From a virus (Duplodnaviria; Caudoviricetes), in the IMG/VR virus record IMGVR_UViG_3300033121_000370, positions 8,742-72,741 of that record: a stretch of 64,000 nt of DNA; one strand, given 5' to 3'. Numbering within the stretch: the first letter of the stretch is position 1; each line of letters opens with the position of its first letter. Below the pieces are notes generated by a model that was not told the DNA's origin, made no database searches, and saw only the letters and a program-made list of their open reading frames with translations. Positions 23,775-32,781 of this stretch are shown in pieces. Position numbers and translations under genes: made by a program.

Positions 23775-26495
23775 ATGCTAAAGCCTTCAGACATGCGGTT
23801 TAATATCAAGGCCTATAAGCCGGATGAGGGCTCTAGCGAGCTTCTTGGCCACGGTCCTTGCCCTAGGTGTAGAGCCTCGGGCAAGGATACCAAAGGGGAT
23901 AACCTGGCTCTTTACAAGAATGCCGATGGTTCCCAGTCTTCTTTTTGTTTTGTTTGCTCGTATTACTCAAGGAAAGGTGACCCGGCAATGCCAAGTGTAG
24001 CCGAAGTAATTGTGCCAGAAAAATCCCTAGTGGAATTCGACACAGGCTCCTACAATCCGAGCGTGGTAAAGGCTTGCCGTAGTATCTCCCCTCAGATTTT
24101 CCAGAAGTACGCTGTACACGTCGAGGATGACAAGCACATCTATCCTTACTACGACCGGGAGAGTCACCTCCTGTGTGGGCTGAAGTACCGCTTCGTAGCC
24201 GAGAAGGGTTTCTCGTGCAAAGGCAAGATGGGCCGTGAGGCTCCTCTGTTCGGCATGAACCTGTTTCCCAAAGGTGTATACAAGACTTGTATTCTCACAG
24301 AGGGTGAGCTTGACGCTCTATCCGCTTACCAGATGATGAGTGGCCGAGTGCCTAGCCTAAGTATTGCTAACGGGGCTCAGGCTGCTAAGCGAGCTGTCCA
24401 GGCTAACTGGGATTACCTATCATCTTTCGAGACGGTCTACCTGTGCTTTGACTCTGACGAAGAGGGGCGTAGGGCTACTGAAGAAGTGGCTCCTATGTTT
24501 CAGGCGGGAAAGGTTAAACTCATCCAGCTTCCGGGCGAGGCCAAGGATGCTAACGATGTTCTGGACAAGTTAGCTGACCCTGGTATCTTCAACCGGGCCT
24601 ACAACAACGCTAAGGTATGGGTGCCGGAAGGAATCATCTGCTCTAGTAACTTGTGGGAGACTCTCCTTGAGGATGACACCAAGGAATCTGTTCCGTACCC
24701 GTGGGCATCTTTGAACGACTACACCTACGGTATTCGTCCAGGTGAGCTTATTACTCTCTGCTCAGGCTGTGTTGACGCCGATACAGAGTTTCTAACACGT
24801 GCTGGTTGGAAGAGAATCGCAGAGTACGAAGTAGGAGATGAGGTTCTTCAGTATGATAAAGATACTAAGGTAGCCACGTTTACACTTCCACAGAAGTATG
24901 TAAAGCTACCAGCTAAGAGCCTGTGGCATATTAAAACCAAGTACGGGGTTGACCAAGTATTGTCTGATGAACACCGTATCCTCTACGACACAGCTGATGG
25001 CTATACTTACGTGAATACCCTAGCTGAAGTAATGGACATCCATGCTAGCCAGGTAACAGGGTTTAGGGGTAAGCTCAGAACTACCTTTATTCTAGGTGAT
25101 ACCGGAAGTTCCAGCCCAATGAGTGACCCCATACTCCGGGTGATGACAGCTGTAATAGCTGATGGACACTTCCCTAGTTTAAATAACAAGTGTAAAATGC
25201 GTTTGAAAAAGGAGCGTAAGAAGGAGAGAATTACGAAGCTTTTAACAGAGGCTAATATACCCTTTACAAGGGAACCTTGCTCACCATACGAGGGTTTTGA
25301 GGTATTCACATTCGTAGCCCCTTACAGAGTTAAGGAAGCTAGCCAAGAGCTATTCTGGTCTATGGATGCTAGGCAGCTAAAACTCTTTACAGAGGAAGTT
25401 CTATTCTGGGATGGTTGTATCTCTGGTAATTCCTTTTCTTCTAGAAACAAAACTACAGCTGACTTCGTTCAGTACGCCTTTAGTGCTAACGGTCAAAGGG
25501 CTACACTTCTGACACAGGTTAGAGGTGACCAAGGTATAGACCTAAGTGTGTATATGACTAAGAAAACTCTAGTCTCTTTTAGAAAAACTAATATGAGTAA
25601 ACCTGAATTTAAAGAATACCCTACAACTGACGGATTCAAGTACTGCTTTGCTGTGCCTACAGGTTTCCTAGTCCTACGACGCGGGCCTAATATCTTTATT
25701 ACAGGTAATTCCGGCCAAGGCAAGTCAGCGTTCATGAAAGAGATTGCCTACCACCTGCTGAAGAACACCAGGGCTAACATAGGTCTACTCTTTCTAGAGG
25801 AAGGTGTAAAGAAGACAGCCAAAGGCATCATGAGTCTGGAACTTAATAAGCCTCTCCACATCCCGGATACCAAGTACTCTCCTGAAGAGTTCCAGAAGGC
25901 GTACAACGTAGTTATGAAGCCGGGCCGGTTCTACTTCTACGACCACTTCGGCTCTACGTCGATTGACAACATCGTAGCTCAGGTACACTACATGGCTATG
26001 GTTGCTGGTTGTAGATACATCTTCCTTGACCACATCTCCATCATTGTCTCTAGCCAGGAGAATGGCGATGAGCGCAAGGCCCTTGATGAGATTATGACCA
26101 AGTTACGTACTCTGGTCCAAGAGACTGGTATCTGCTTATTCGTAGTCACGCACCTTAAGCGCGTGGATGATGGCCACGAGAACGGTGGAGAGATTAGCCT
26201 AAACCACTTGAGAGGCTCAGCCGGTATCGCCCAACTCTCAGATTTTGTCATAGGGCTAGAGCGTAACTCTCAGGACCCTGATGTATCCCGGCGCAATACA
26301 ACCGTACTGCGCGTACTGAAGAACAGGCCATTCGGTATCTCCGGGCTGGCAGCCGCTGTACACTTCGACCGTAAGACTTGGCGCTTGAATGAGGTAGACC
26401 TAGAATCTTACTTGACTAAAGGCAAAGGAGGTGCTAAGGTTGAGGCTGGGCCTGGCCCAGCCCCTGAGGGCTTCCAACCGCGTAGGCCACAGTAA
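23775..26495 (+). CDS. T7 gp4-like primase-helicase with an intein in the Walker A motif
   Basis: CPRC/CFVC zinc finger, TOPRIM (TEGELDALS, FDSDEEG, KDAND), SG/SGQGKS, IFLDHIS, HLKR, LRGSAGIAQLSD and VLKNR. Confidence 0.95.
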   Translation: MLKPSDMRFNIKAYKPDEGSSELLGHGPCPRCRASGKDTKGDNLALYKNADGSQSSFCFVCSYYSRKGDPAMPSVAEVIVPEKSLVEFDTGSYNPSVVKACRSISPQIFQKYAVHVEDDKHIYPYYDRESHLLCGLKYRFVAEKGFSCKGKMGREAPLFGMNLFPKGVYKTCILTEGELDALSAYQMMSGRVPSLSIANGAQAAKRAVQANWDYLSSFETVYLCFDSDEEGRRATEEVAPMFQAGKVKLIQLPGEAKDANDVLDKLADPGIFNRAYNNAKVWVPEGIICSSNLWETLLEDDTKESVPYPWASLNDYTYGIRPGELITLCSGCVDADTEFLTRAGWKRIAEYEVGDEVLQYDKDTKVATFTLPQKYVKLPAKSLWHIKTKYGVDQVLSDEHRILYDTADGYTYVNTLAEVMDIHASQVTGFRGKLRTTFILGDTGSSSPMSDPILRVMTAVIADGHFPSLNNKCKMRLKKERKKERITKLLTEANIPFTREPCSPYEGFEVFTFVAPYRVKEASQELFWSMDARQLKLFTEEVLFWDGCISGNSFSSRNKTTADFVQYAFSANGQRATLLTQVRGDQGIDLSVYMTKKTLVSFRKTNMSKPEFKEYPTTDGFKYCFAVPTGFLVLRRGPNIFITGNSGQGKSAFMKEIAYHLLKNTRANIGLLFLEEGVKKTAKGIMSLELNKPLHIPDTKYSPEEFQKAYNVVMKPGRFYFYDHFGSTSIDNIVAQVHYMAMVAGCRYIFLDHISIIVSSQENGDERKALDEIMTKLRTLVQETGICLFVVTHLKRVDDGHENGGEISLNHLRGSAGIAQLSDFVIGLERNSQDPDVSRRNTTVLRVLKNRPFGISGLAAAVHFDRKTWRLNEVDLESYLTKGKGGAKVEAGPGPAPEGFQPRRPQ
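24768..25709 (+). mobile_element. Helicase intein (314 aa) with LAGLIDADG-like core
   Basis: CVDADTE...VIADG...FWDG...FITGN/S. Excision restores TLCSG-SGQGKS. Confidence 0.92.
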
Positions 26496-26575
26496 TCTGA
26501 TGTACAGGAATGGCCCGTGGTGGTACTTCTACTGGATGCTAGGTGTTCTACAGAGAGATAGAGGGTTACCCAAAA

Positions 26576-28468
26576 ATGCCCAGGCGCAACGTAGTCATTG
26601 ACATCGAGGCAGACTCCCTTAAACCCACTAGGCTCTGGTGTATTTCTACGCTTGAGATTGATACTAATGTTGTCCGTACCTGGGATATACGGGAAGGCTT
26701 CGCTGGGTTCCTGGAGTTCTCGCGGGACCCAGACATTTACTGGGTAGGCCACAACATCATTGACTTCGACTTCCCTGTACTCAAGAAGTTCATCAAAGGA
26801 TTTACCTATGACCTTGCGAAGACCCGAGACACACTTGTTATGTCTAGGCTGGCTAATCAGGAGCGTGACGGCGGACACTCCCTTGAGAACTGGGGAAACA
26901 TTCTTGGCTTCCACAAGTCTGAATTCTCCGACTTCTCCCAGTTCTCCATGCAAATGCTTGACTACTGTATCCAAGACACCAGAGTTACCGCCCGTGTATT
27001 CAAGCAAGTCCTCAGAGAGCTAGCCGACTTCGACATGCGTTCTCTTCGCATCGAGCAAGAGACAGTCCAAGTACTCCAGCGTATGGAGGAGCGTGGATAC
27101 ACCCTTGACTACGAATTCACTACGGAGCTTCTTACCACTGTCACTACTCTTCGGGACCGCTTGGCTATCTCCCTATCCGAGAGTGCCCCTAAACTTCCCA
27201 AGTTCAAGCGACTGATTGAGCCAAAGATTACCAAGAAGGGTGACTTCTACCACCACAACGTAAATGCGCTAGGCGACCAGGTTAAGTACTTGGAGGGCCA
27301 AGCATCCCTTATCGACTGGATTACATTCAACCCCGGCTCCCACAGCCAAGTAGCTTGGCAGCTGATGCTTCGTGGCTGGGTACCAACAGTCTTTACTGAA
27401 GCTGGTGCTCCCTCTACCTCTGAAGAAGTTCTGGAAGAGCTGTACGAGACTATGCCCGAGGCTCGGGACATTACCCAGTACTTCATGTTAGTAAAGCGCC
27501 AAGGCCAGATTAAGTCTTGGGTAGAGTTGTACAACCACGAGACAGGCCGGGTACACGGACACATCAATCACGTAGGTGCCCGTACCCACCGGGCTAGCCA
27601 CTCCAACCCTAACATGGCCCAGATACCTGCTGTTAAGCGGGACACCAAAGGTAATATCCTTCTAGGCTTAGATGGCACCTTCAACGCGGAGTGCCGTAAG
27701 TGTTGGAAGCCTGCTCCAGGCTTCAAGCAAGTAGGTGTAGATGCTGCGGCTATCCAACTAGTTATTCTTGCCCATGCAATGGGGGATAAAGACTACGCTG
27801 ATGCTGTGGCTTTCGGAGACAAGAAACTAGGCACTGACGTTCACACACGTAACCGCAACATCCTGCGTGATACTGTAACCAAGTTAACTCGGCGCAACGA
27901 CGTGGAGTACCTTGACCGGGATACGGCCAAAACTTTTATCTACTCTTTCCTCCTAGGTGCTGGGGCTGCTAAGACAGACCAAGTACTCTCCACCGATGGT
28001 ATCGGGGCCAGCATCAAGAAAGAGTTCCTGGAGCGCATCCCGGCACTCAAGGCCCTCCTGGATAGACTACGCCGGGAGGTACGCGAGACTGGGCGTATAG
28101 CTGGCCTAGATGGCCGCTTCTTTCCGTGCGATGACCCTCACTTTGCTCTAGCTTATATCCTTCAGGGCTTTGAGGCTGCCATAATGAAGCTGGCCCTCAT
28201 CTACACTCAGCGCTGGTTTGATAAGCACTTCGGGGATGACCTTGTAGGTATTCTCACGTGGGTCCACGATGAGTTTCAGATGGAAGCTCGGGATTGTACG
28301 GTAGCTTACCAGGGCTGCTCGGACTTCCCAGCCGGGGAGTACTACCTCCCGGAGCTTGTGCGGGATAAGACCGTAAAGATTATTGAGCAAGTTGGAAAGG
28401 AGTTTAATTTAAAGTGTTTCCTAACAGGTGAAGGCCGAGTAGGCAACGACTGGCTGGAAACTCATTGA
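26576..28468 (+). CDS. polA: Family A DNA polymerase (T7-like) with 3'-5' exonuclease
   Basis: DIEAD, GHNIIDFD, RDTLVMSR, YCIQD; motif A VDAAAIQL, motif B AKTFIYSFLLG, motif C VHDE. Likely start is the ATG at 26576. Confidence 0.95.
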   Translation: MPRRNVVIDIEADSLKPTRLWCISTLEIDTNVVRTWDIREGFAGFLEFSRDPDIYWVGHNIIDFDFPVLKKFIKGFTYDLAKTRDTLVMSRLANQERDGGHSLENWGNILGFHKSEFSDFSQFSMQMLDYCIQDTRVTARVFKQVLRELADFDMRSLRIEQETVQVLQRMEERGYTLDYEFTTELLTTVTTLRDRLAISLSESAPKLPKFKRLIEPKITKKGDFYHHNVNALGDQVKYLEGQASLIDWITFNPGSHSQVAWQLMLRGWVPTVFTEAGAPSTSEEVLEELYETMPEARDITQYFMLVKRQGQIKSWVELYNHETGRVHGHINHVGARTHRASHSNPNMAQIPAVKRDTKGNILLGLDGTFNAECRKCWKPAPGFKQVGVDAAAIQLVILAHAMGDKDYADAVAFGDKKLGTDVHTRNRNILRDTVTKLTRRNDVEYLDRDTAKTFIYSFLLGAGAAKTDQVLSTDGIGASIKKEFLERIPALKALLDRLRREVRETGRIAGLDGRFFPCDDPHFALAYILQGFEAAIMKLALIYTQRWFDKHFGDDLVGILTWVHDEFQMEARDCTVAYQGCSDFPAGEYYLPELVRDKTVKIIEQVGKEFNLKCFLTGEGRVGNDWLETH

Positions 28469-28508
28469 CCTTGTTTTACAAGGTACAGAAAAGAAAGAGA
28501 ATATTTGA

Positions 28509-28766
28509 ATGGAAAGCACTAACGTAATACCTTTCGCCCCTTACCTGGAAAAGAAAAGGGCTCCCACTACTGCTCAAGAGCCTACTAATGAGGGAGTCAC
28601 TTTCTACGGGGGCACTTGTCAACCAATTCTTACTAATCACGTAACAGTTACTGATGTAACCTACACACTAATGGACACAGTAGATTTCCTCCTGAGCGAG
28701 GGCCGTAAGGAAGAAGCTATCTTGCTCCTGGAGCAGACAATGAACCAGCTAAATACTTTAGATTAG
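28509..28766 (+). CDS. Hypothetical protein
   Basis: Co-oriented 85-aa ORF. Confidence 0.55.
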   Translation: MESTNVIPFAPYLEKKRAPTTAQEPTNEGVTFYGGTCQPILTNHVTVTDVTYTLMDTVDFLLSEGRKEEAILLLEQTMNQLNTLD

Positions 28767-28769
28767 TAG

Positions 28770-28798
28770 TTGCTTTCAGGTATGCCGAGCGGTATACT
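28770..28798 (+). promoter_or_regulatory. Sigma70-like promoter
   Basis: TTGCTT-17 nt-TATACT upstream of the SSB-like gene. Confidence 0.6.
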
Positions 28799-28905
28799 CA
28801 AGAAATAGGGGAGAGGTCCCGGACACTTCGAAGCATCTACACATATCGGGACCCGCCTCTACTAGTTCTAGCAACCAAGTGTAGATGCGGAAAGAAAGCA
28901 TAAAT

Positions 28906-29394
28906 ATGCCAGTAGCAACAGGAAAAGCCAAGTGGGCACGTATCTTCGAGAATAACCGTGACTACGGCTTCCAGGAAGATGGCCAATATAATATGGTTGT
29001 CCAGCTGTCCCCAGCATCAGCTGAGCAGCTCAAGAGTGAAGGTGTCCTTCTAACTTATTCAGAAGAAGGCCCGGAGTTCACGTTCCGCCGCAATCATACC
29101 TTCATCAAGGAAGGAAACAAAGTAACCCTAGGCGCTCCTAAAGTTGTCGATGATGACCTGAAGCCTTTTCCCTCTGACACTATTATCGGGAACGGCTCTG
29201 AGGTAGAAGTCCTGTACAACCTGTACACCCCCACCAAGGGCAAGGGCAAGGGCAAGACCACAGCCAAGCTCGAAGCTGTCCGAGTAGTGAAGCTTGTGGA
29301 GTACGCTGGAGCCGAAGGTTCTTCAGGGGCCACAGGCTTTAAGCCCCGGTCCAAGGAATTATCTGATGACTTACCGAATGAGCTAGTAAACTAA
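28906..29394 (+). CDS. Probable single-stranded DNA-binding protein
   Basis: GKAKWA...IGNGSEV...LEAVRVVKLVEY pattern with an acidic tail, located after the polymerase as in podoviruses. Confidence 0.7.
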   Translation: MPVATGKAKWARIFENNRDYGFQEDGQYNMVVQLSPASAEQLKSEGVLLTYSEEGPEFTFRRNHTFIKEGNKVTLGAPKVVDDDLKPFPSDTIIGNGSEVEVLYNLYTPTKGKGKGKTTAKLEAVRVVKLVEYAGAEGSSGATGFKPRSKELSDDLPNELVN

Positions 29395-29487
29395 CCCTTT
29401 CCTTTCCGGGATTGTTACAAACTAGCTAATGGGGCCGGGCTGCCCAAGTGGTGGCTCGGCATCCCCTAAGGGAAGGACCAAGAAGAG

Positions 29488-29691
29488 ATGACTAAAGAAG
29501 TAAAAGTAAAGAACCTGTTCCACGCTGTGGGGGATACACTTTCCCTGGCCGAGGAGCCTGAGGAAAACCTCTTCGTGCTCTCCCGTAACGAAGACAAGGA
29601 TTACCTCTCTTCGTTTACCTCTGAAGAACTAGATGAAATTGAGCAACTGATAAGGGCTTTACATGACGCAGCAAGAAAACCCAACGAGTAG
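29488..29691 (+). CDS. Hypothetical protein
   Basis: Co-oriented acidic ORF. Confidence 0.5.
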   Translation: MTKEVKVKNLFHAVGDTLSLAEEPEENLFVLSRNEDKDYLSSFTSEELDEIEQLIRALHDAARKPNE

Positions 29692-29980
29692 CCAGCCACG
29701 CCTGGTAATCACCAAGTATTCCGCTAACTGGTGCGCTCCCTGTAAGGCCTTGGCTACATCCCTGGAGTTCGAGCTCCAGAAGCGAAACAATGGTGTATCT
29801 TTCGTGCTGAACAACGTGAACATCGAGGATAGCCCTGAAGAGGCAGCTTTGGCTGGTGTTCGTGCCGTTCCCACAGTTGTTGTCTGGGACAATGACCTGA
29901 ACACCGAGGTACACCGCTTCATAGGCAATAAAGGGTTAGTTGAGGTAAAGGCTATGCTAGACACTCTTGGTGTCGTATGA
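29663..29980 (+). CDS. Thioredoxin
   Basis: SANWCAPCK active site and VRAVPT cis-Pro loop. Confidence 0.9.
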   Translation: MTQQENPTSSQPRLVITKYSANWCAPCKALATSLEFELQKRNNGVSFVLNNVNIEDSPEEAALAGVRAVPTVVVWDNDLNTEVHRFIGNKGLVEVKAMLDTLGVV

Positions 29981-30900
29981 TGGCACAGACGAAGAGCATC
30001 GACTCCCTAGTACCAGACATCCAGAAGCTCCTAGTTGAGGGTGGAGACTTCCCTGATGAAGCTTATCTTAGCTTGGGTAAGGCTGTAGCGAAGTGCGTTA
30101 AAGAGCGTATGGAACGGCCTAAGCTGGATGCTGTAGCTCCAAAGGGAGGTCTACGCCTATCCAACATAGGTAAGCCGGACAGGCAGCTCTGGTACATTCT
30201 GAACCTGGACCGGGAGGAGAACGCGCAAGAGCAGCTAACGCCTGAGCAGGTGTTCAAGTTTCTTTACGGCTCTATCCTCGAAGAAGTAATGCTGTGGCTG
30301 GCTTCCGCCTCAGGGCATTCGGTTACAAACAGACAAGAGACTGTTGTAGTCGAGGGTATTACCGGGCACATAGATTGCAGGATAGATGGAGTAGGTGTAG
30401 ATGCAAAGTCAGCCTCTGGTCAAAGCTTTAAGACAAAGTTTAAACAGGGCTCTATCCTCAGAGGTGATGACCCATTCGGTTATCTTCCTCAACTCGGCGG
30501 ATACTTTGGTGGAGAGCCTGACGCGGCTTTCTTCGTATCTAATAAAGAGGATGGCTCCCTTCTTCTCTTCAAGGTACCAGGAGATAGCCTACCGGATACA
30601 CCTGCTCGTGTCCGCCACATCAAAGAGATGGCCAAGCTTCCTGAACCACCTGAGAAATGTTACGGTACCAAAGACATTGGAGCTAATAAAGCACTTAGGG
30701 CAGGTTGTAAGTCGTGTAGTTTCAAGACTAAGTGCTGGGAGAATATCCGGGTATTCCAGTATTCGGACGGCATTGAATACCTGGTTGAAGTAAACAATGT
30801 ACCAAGAGTACCGGAGTTAAGTTTAGATGCGAAAACGGTTATCAACAACATCGAAGAAATACCCCAAGGGAGGGAGTGGTTCGTCCCCAAACCCGTTTAA
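29977..30900 (+). CDS. PD-(D/E)XK (Cas4-like) exonuclease
   Basis: LRLSNIGKPDRQLWY, KFLYG, GHIDC, DAKSAS, Y..QLGGY and C..CSFK..CW. Confidence 0.8.
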   Translation: MMAQTKSIDSLVPDIQKLLVEGGDFPDEAYLSLGKAVAKCVKERMERPKLDAVAPKGGLRLSNIGKPDRQLWYILNLDREENAQEQLTPEQVFKFLYGSILEEVMLWLASASGHSVTNRQETVVVEGITGHIDCRIDGVGVDAKSASGQSFKTKFKQGSILRGDDPFGYLPQLGGYFGGEPDAAFFVSNKEDGSLLLFKVPGDSLPDTPARVRHIKEMAKLPEPPEKCYGTKDIGANKALRAGCKSCSFKTKCWENIRVFQYSDGIEYLVEVNNVPRVPELSLDAKTVINNIEEIPQGREWFVPKPV

Positions 30901-31306
30901 ATCCAAGTTTGAACAGAGGTTCTTTGAAGCCATGCCCACTAACAAGAAGCCCACCTACGAAGCTACACGACTAAAGTATGTCCTGGAATGTACATACAGT
31001 CCTGACTGGGAGTTCATGCGGCCTAACCAAACGTACTTCTACTTGGAAACCAAGGGTAACTTGGACTCCGTTGCCCGGCGCAAGATGTTGGCAGTCAAGA
31101 AGCAGAACCCGGACATAGATGTACGCTTTGTATTCCAGCGGGATAATTACCTGTACAAAGGCTCCAAGAAGAAGTACTCTGATTGGGCCGAGGAGCACGG
31201 GTTCCCCTGGCACGTAGTCGGGGCTACTAGTAGGTATATACCGGACGCTTGGCTAAAAGAAGCTAAAGCATTTACAGTTTGTAACAAGAAGTTTAAGGCG
31301 CAGTAA
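30827..31306 (+). CDS. T7 endonuclease I-like Holliday junction resolvase
   Basis: FKSKFE, YSPDW, LETKG, KMLAVKKQNPDIDVRFVF and YSDWAEEHGF. Confidence 0.88.
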   Translation: MRKRLSTTSKKYPKGGSGSSPNPFKSKFEQRFFEAMPTNKKPTYEATRLKYVLECTYSPDWEFMRPNQTYFYLETKGNLDSVARRKMLAVKKQNPDIDVRFVFQRDNYLYKGSKKKYSDWAEEHGFPWHVVGATSRYIPDAWLKEAKAFTVCNKKFKAQ

Positions 31307-31310
31307 AAGA

Positions 31311-31553
31311 GTGAGCATTAAGTTAAATAAGTACTATTCAGTAGTGTCAAGGGCTGACTCTATCAGCAAGTGGCTAGAAGTAGAAACCTTCCCTACGAAG
31401 AAACAGGCAGAAACTTACCTGCTTGAATATTCGAGGGACGATGGTTATATAGATGTGGACCTACGCCTAGAAATCATTTACCGCTGGGAGGAAAGCACTA
31501 CAAATGAACCGGATTACAACAATGACGATAAGGAAGAAGCCGGAGTACACTAA
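31311..31553 (+). CDS. Hypothetical protein
   Basis: GTG start, tightly packed. Confidence 0.45.
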   Translation: MSIKLNKYYSVVSRADSISKWLEVETFPTKKQAETYLLEYSRDDGYIDVDLRLEIIYRWEESTTNEPDYNNDDKEEAGVH

Positions 31554-31899
31554 AGATAACATTGAGGAATACTGGGACCTTTACCGCCTGTGGCCCTCAG
31601 TTGTTATTCAACTAGTGAACGACGCTCTTATCGAGGATAACCTGTGCACTTCTCCAAGTGTCCTGAATGTACGTACATCTGCTCGGGCCTTCTTTCAGGC
31701 TTCTAGCGGTGAGCTAGCTGAGCACCGGGAGTTAATCCTCTCTTGCCTCGGCTTTGACCCGGATAAAGCCACCAAAGCTATCCTGGACTTAATTAGCTCT
31801 GGGACTACTCAAAAGGACATCCTGAAGATTAGGGATTCCTTTGAGAAGCAACTACGACAAAGAACCAAACAACGCCGCCAGAAAGAAAGGGTCACCTAA
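31504..31899 (+). CDS. Hypothetical protein
   Basis: Co-oriented 131-aa ORF. Confidence 0.55.
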   Translation: MNRITTMTIRKKPEYTKDNIEEYWDLYRLWPSVVIQLVNDALIEDNLCTSPSVLNVRTSARAFFQASSGELAEHRELILSCLGFDPDKATKAILDLISSGTTQKDILKIRDSFEKQLRQRTKQRRQKERVT

Positions 31900-31902
31900 A
31901 AG

Positions 31903-32139
31903 ATGCCACGCAAGAATGTTACCCACATCAGCACAATGGACGTTCCTGACTACTTAGGTAGCTTTGTGCTAAGCCATAAAATGGCTAAGGCTATCAACCA
32001 GTACTGGAGGGTACGTGGAGTTGAAGCAGGGGCTTACGTAGAGAAGGGCTCTATTGGTAAAGATATGCCAGCTGTTTACTTCGTTCGTTCGAAGCTTTCT
32101 TTCAGCTTCCCGAAAGCCGCTACCCCCCATGCGCGGTAA
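31903..32139 (+). CDS. Hypothetical protein
   Basis: Co-oriented ORF. Confidence 0.5.
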   Translation: MPRKNVTHISTMDVPDYLGSFVLSHKMAKAINQYWRVRGVEAGAYVEKGSIGKDMPAVYFVRSKLSFSFPKAATPHAR

Positions 32140-32698
32140 GCTAACTCTCATCCAGGGGCCCATGTTCGCTGGCAAAACTACAAGGCTTATCAAGGAGATA
32201 GCTGAGGTAGAAAGTTTAGGCTTGGCTTATGTTGTCTTGAAGCCAGCTTGGGACACTCGCTACGATGGCCAAAGAAAGCTTGTGTCTCACTCCCAGATAA
32301 CCGTAGAAGCTCAGCCAGTAAGCTCTTTAGACTTAGGTGATATAGGAACTGAGTACATCTTTCTGGACGAGGTTCAGTTCTTCATAAGCCCTTACGTAAA
32401 CGTGGGCCGTGGAGAAATCTGGGAGCAGGTAGACAAGGCTCTAGATAGAGGAATCAACGTAGTTGCAGCTGGCTTAAACCGGGGCGCTGGTGGATGCATT
32501 TTCCTGGCCTCAGCACGTCTAGAGGCCTTAGCTGATGAGGTAATTGAGCTGAGGGCTAAGTGCCACCTTTGTCATCGTGTGGCTACCGAAACTGTGAGGA
32601 TAAACAACAGCTTACCTGCCGCACCTTACCAAGTGGGTGGGGCTGAGATGTACCAACCAGCTTGCCTTATACACCTTGCCCAACAAGTTATTCCATAA
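32129..32698 (+). CDS. tdk: Thymidine kinase (TK1 type)
   Basis: GPMFAGKTT, KPAWDTRY, FLDEVQF, AGL, CHLC zinc site and VGGAEMYQPAC. Confidence 0.92.
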   Translation: MRGKLTLIQGPMFAGKTTRLIKEIAEVESLGLAYVVLKPAWDTRYDGQRKLVSHSQITVEAQPVSSLDLGDIGTEYIFLDEVQFFISPYVNVGRGEIWEQVDKALDRGINVVAAGLNRGAGGCIFLASARLEALADEVIELRAKCHLCHRVATETVRINNSLPAAPYQVGGAEMYQPACLIHLAQQVIP

Positions 32699-32781
32699 GT
32701 CAACCAGAGTACAATAGTAATTCTCCCCGCTAGCCGGGGCCTCCCTATAAACCCCGAGTATACAGAAAAGGTTAATTACCC

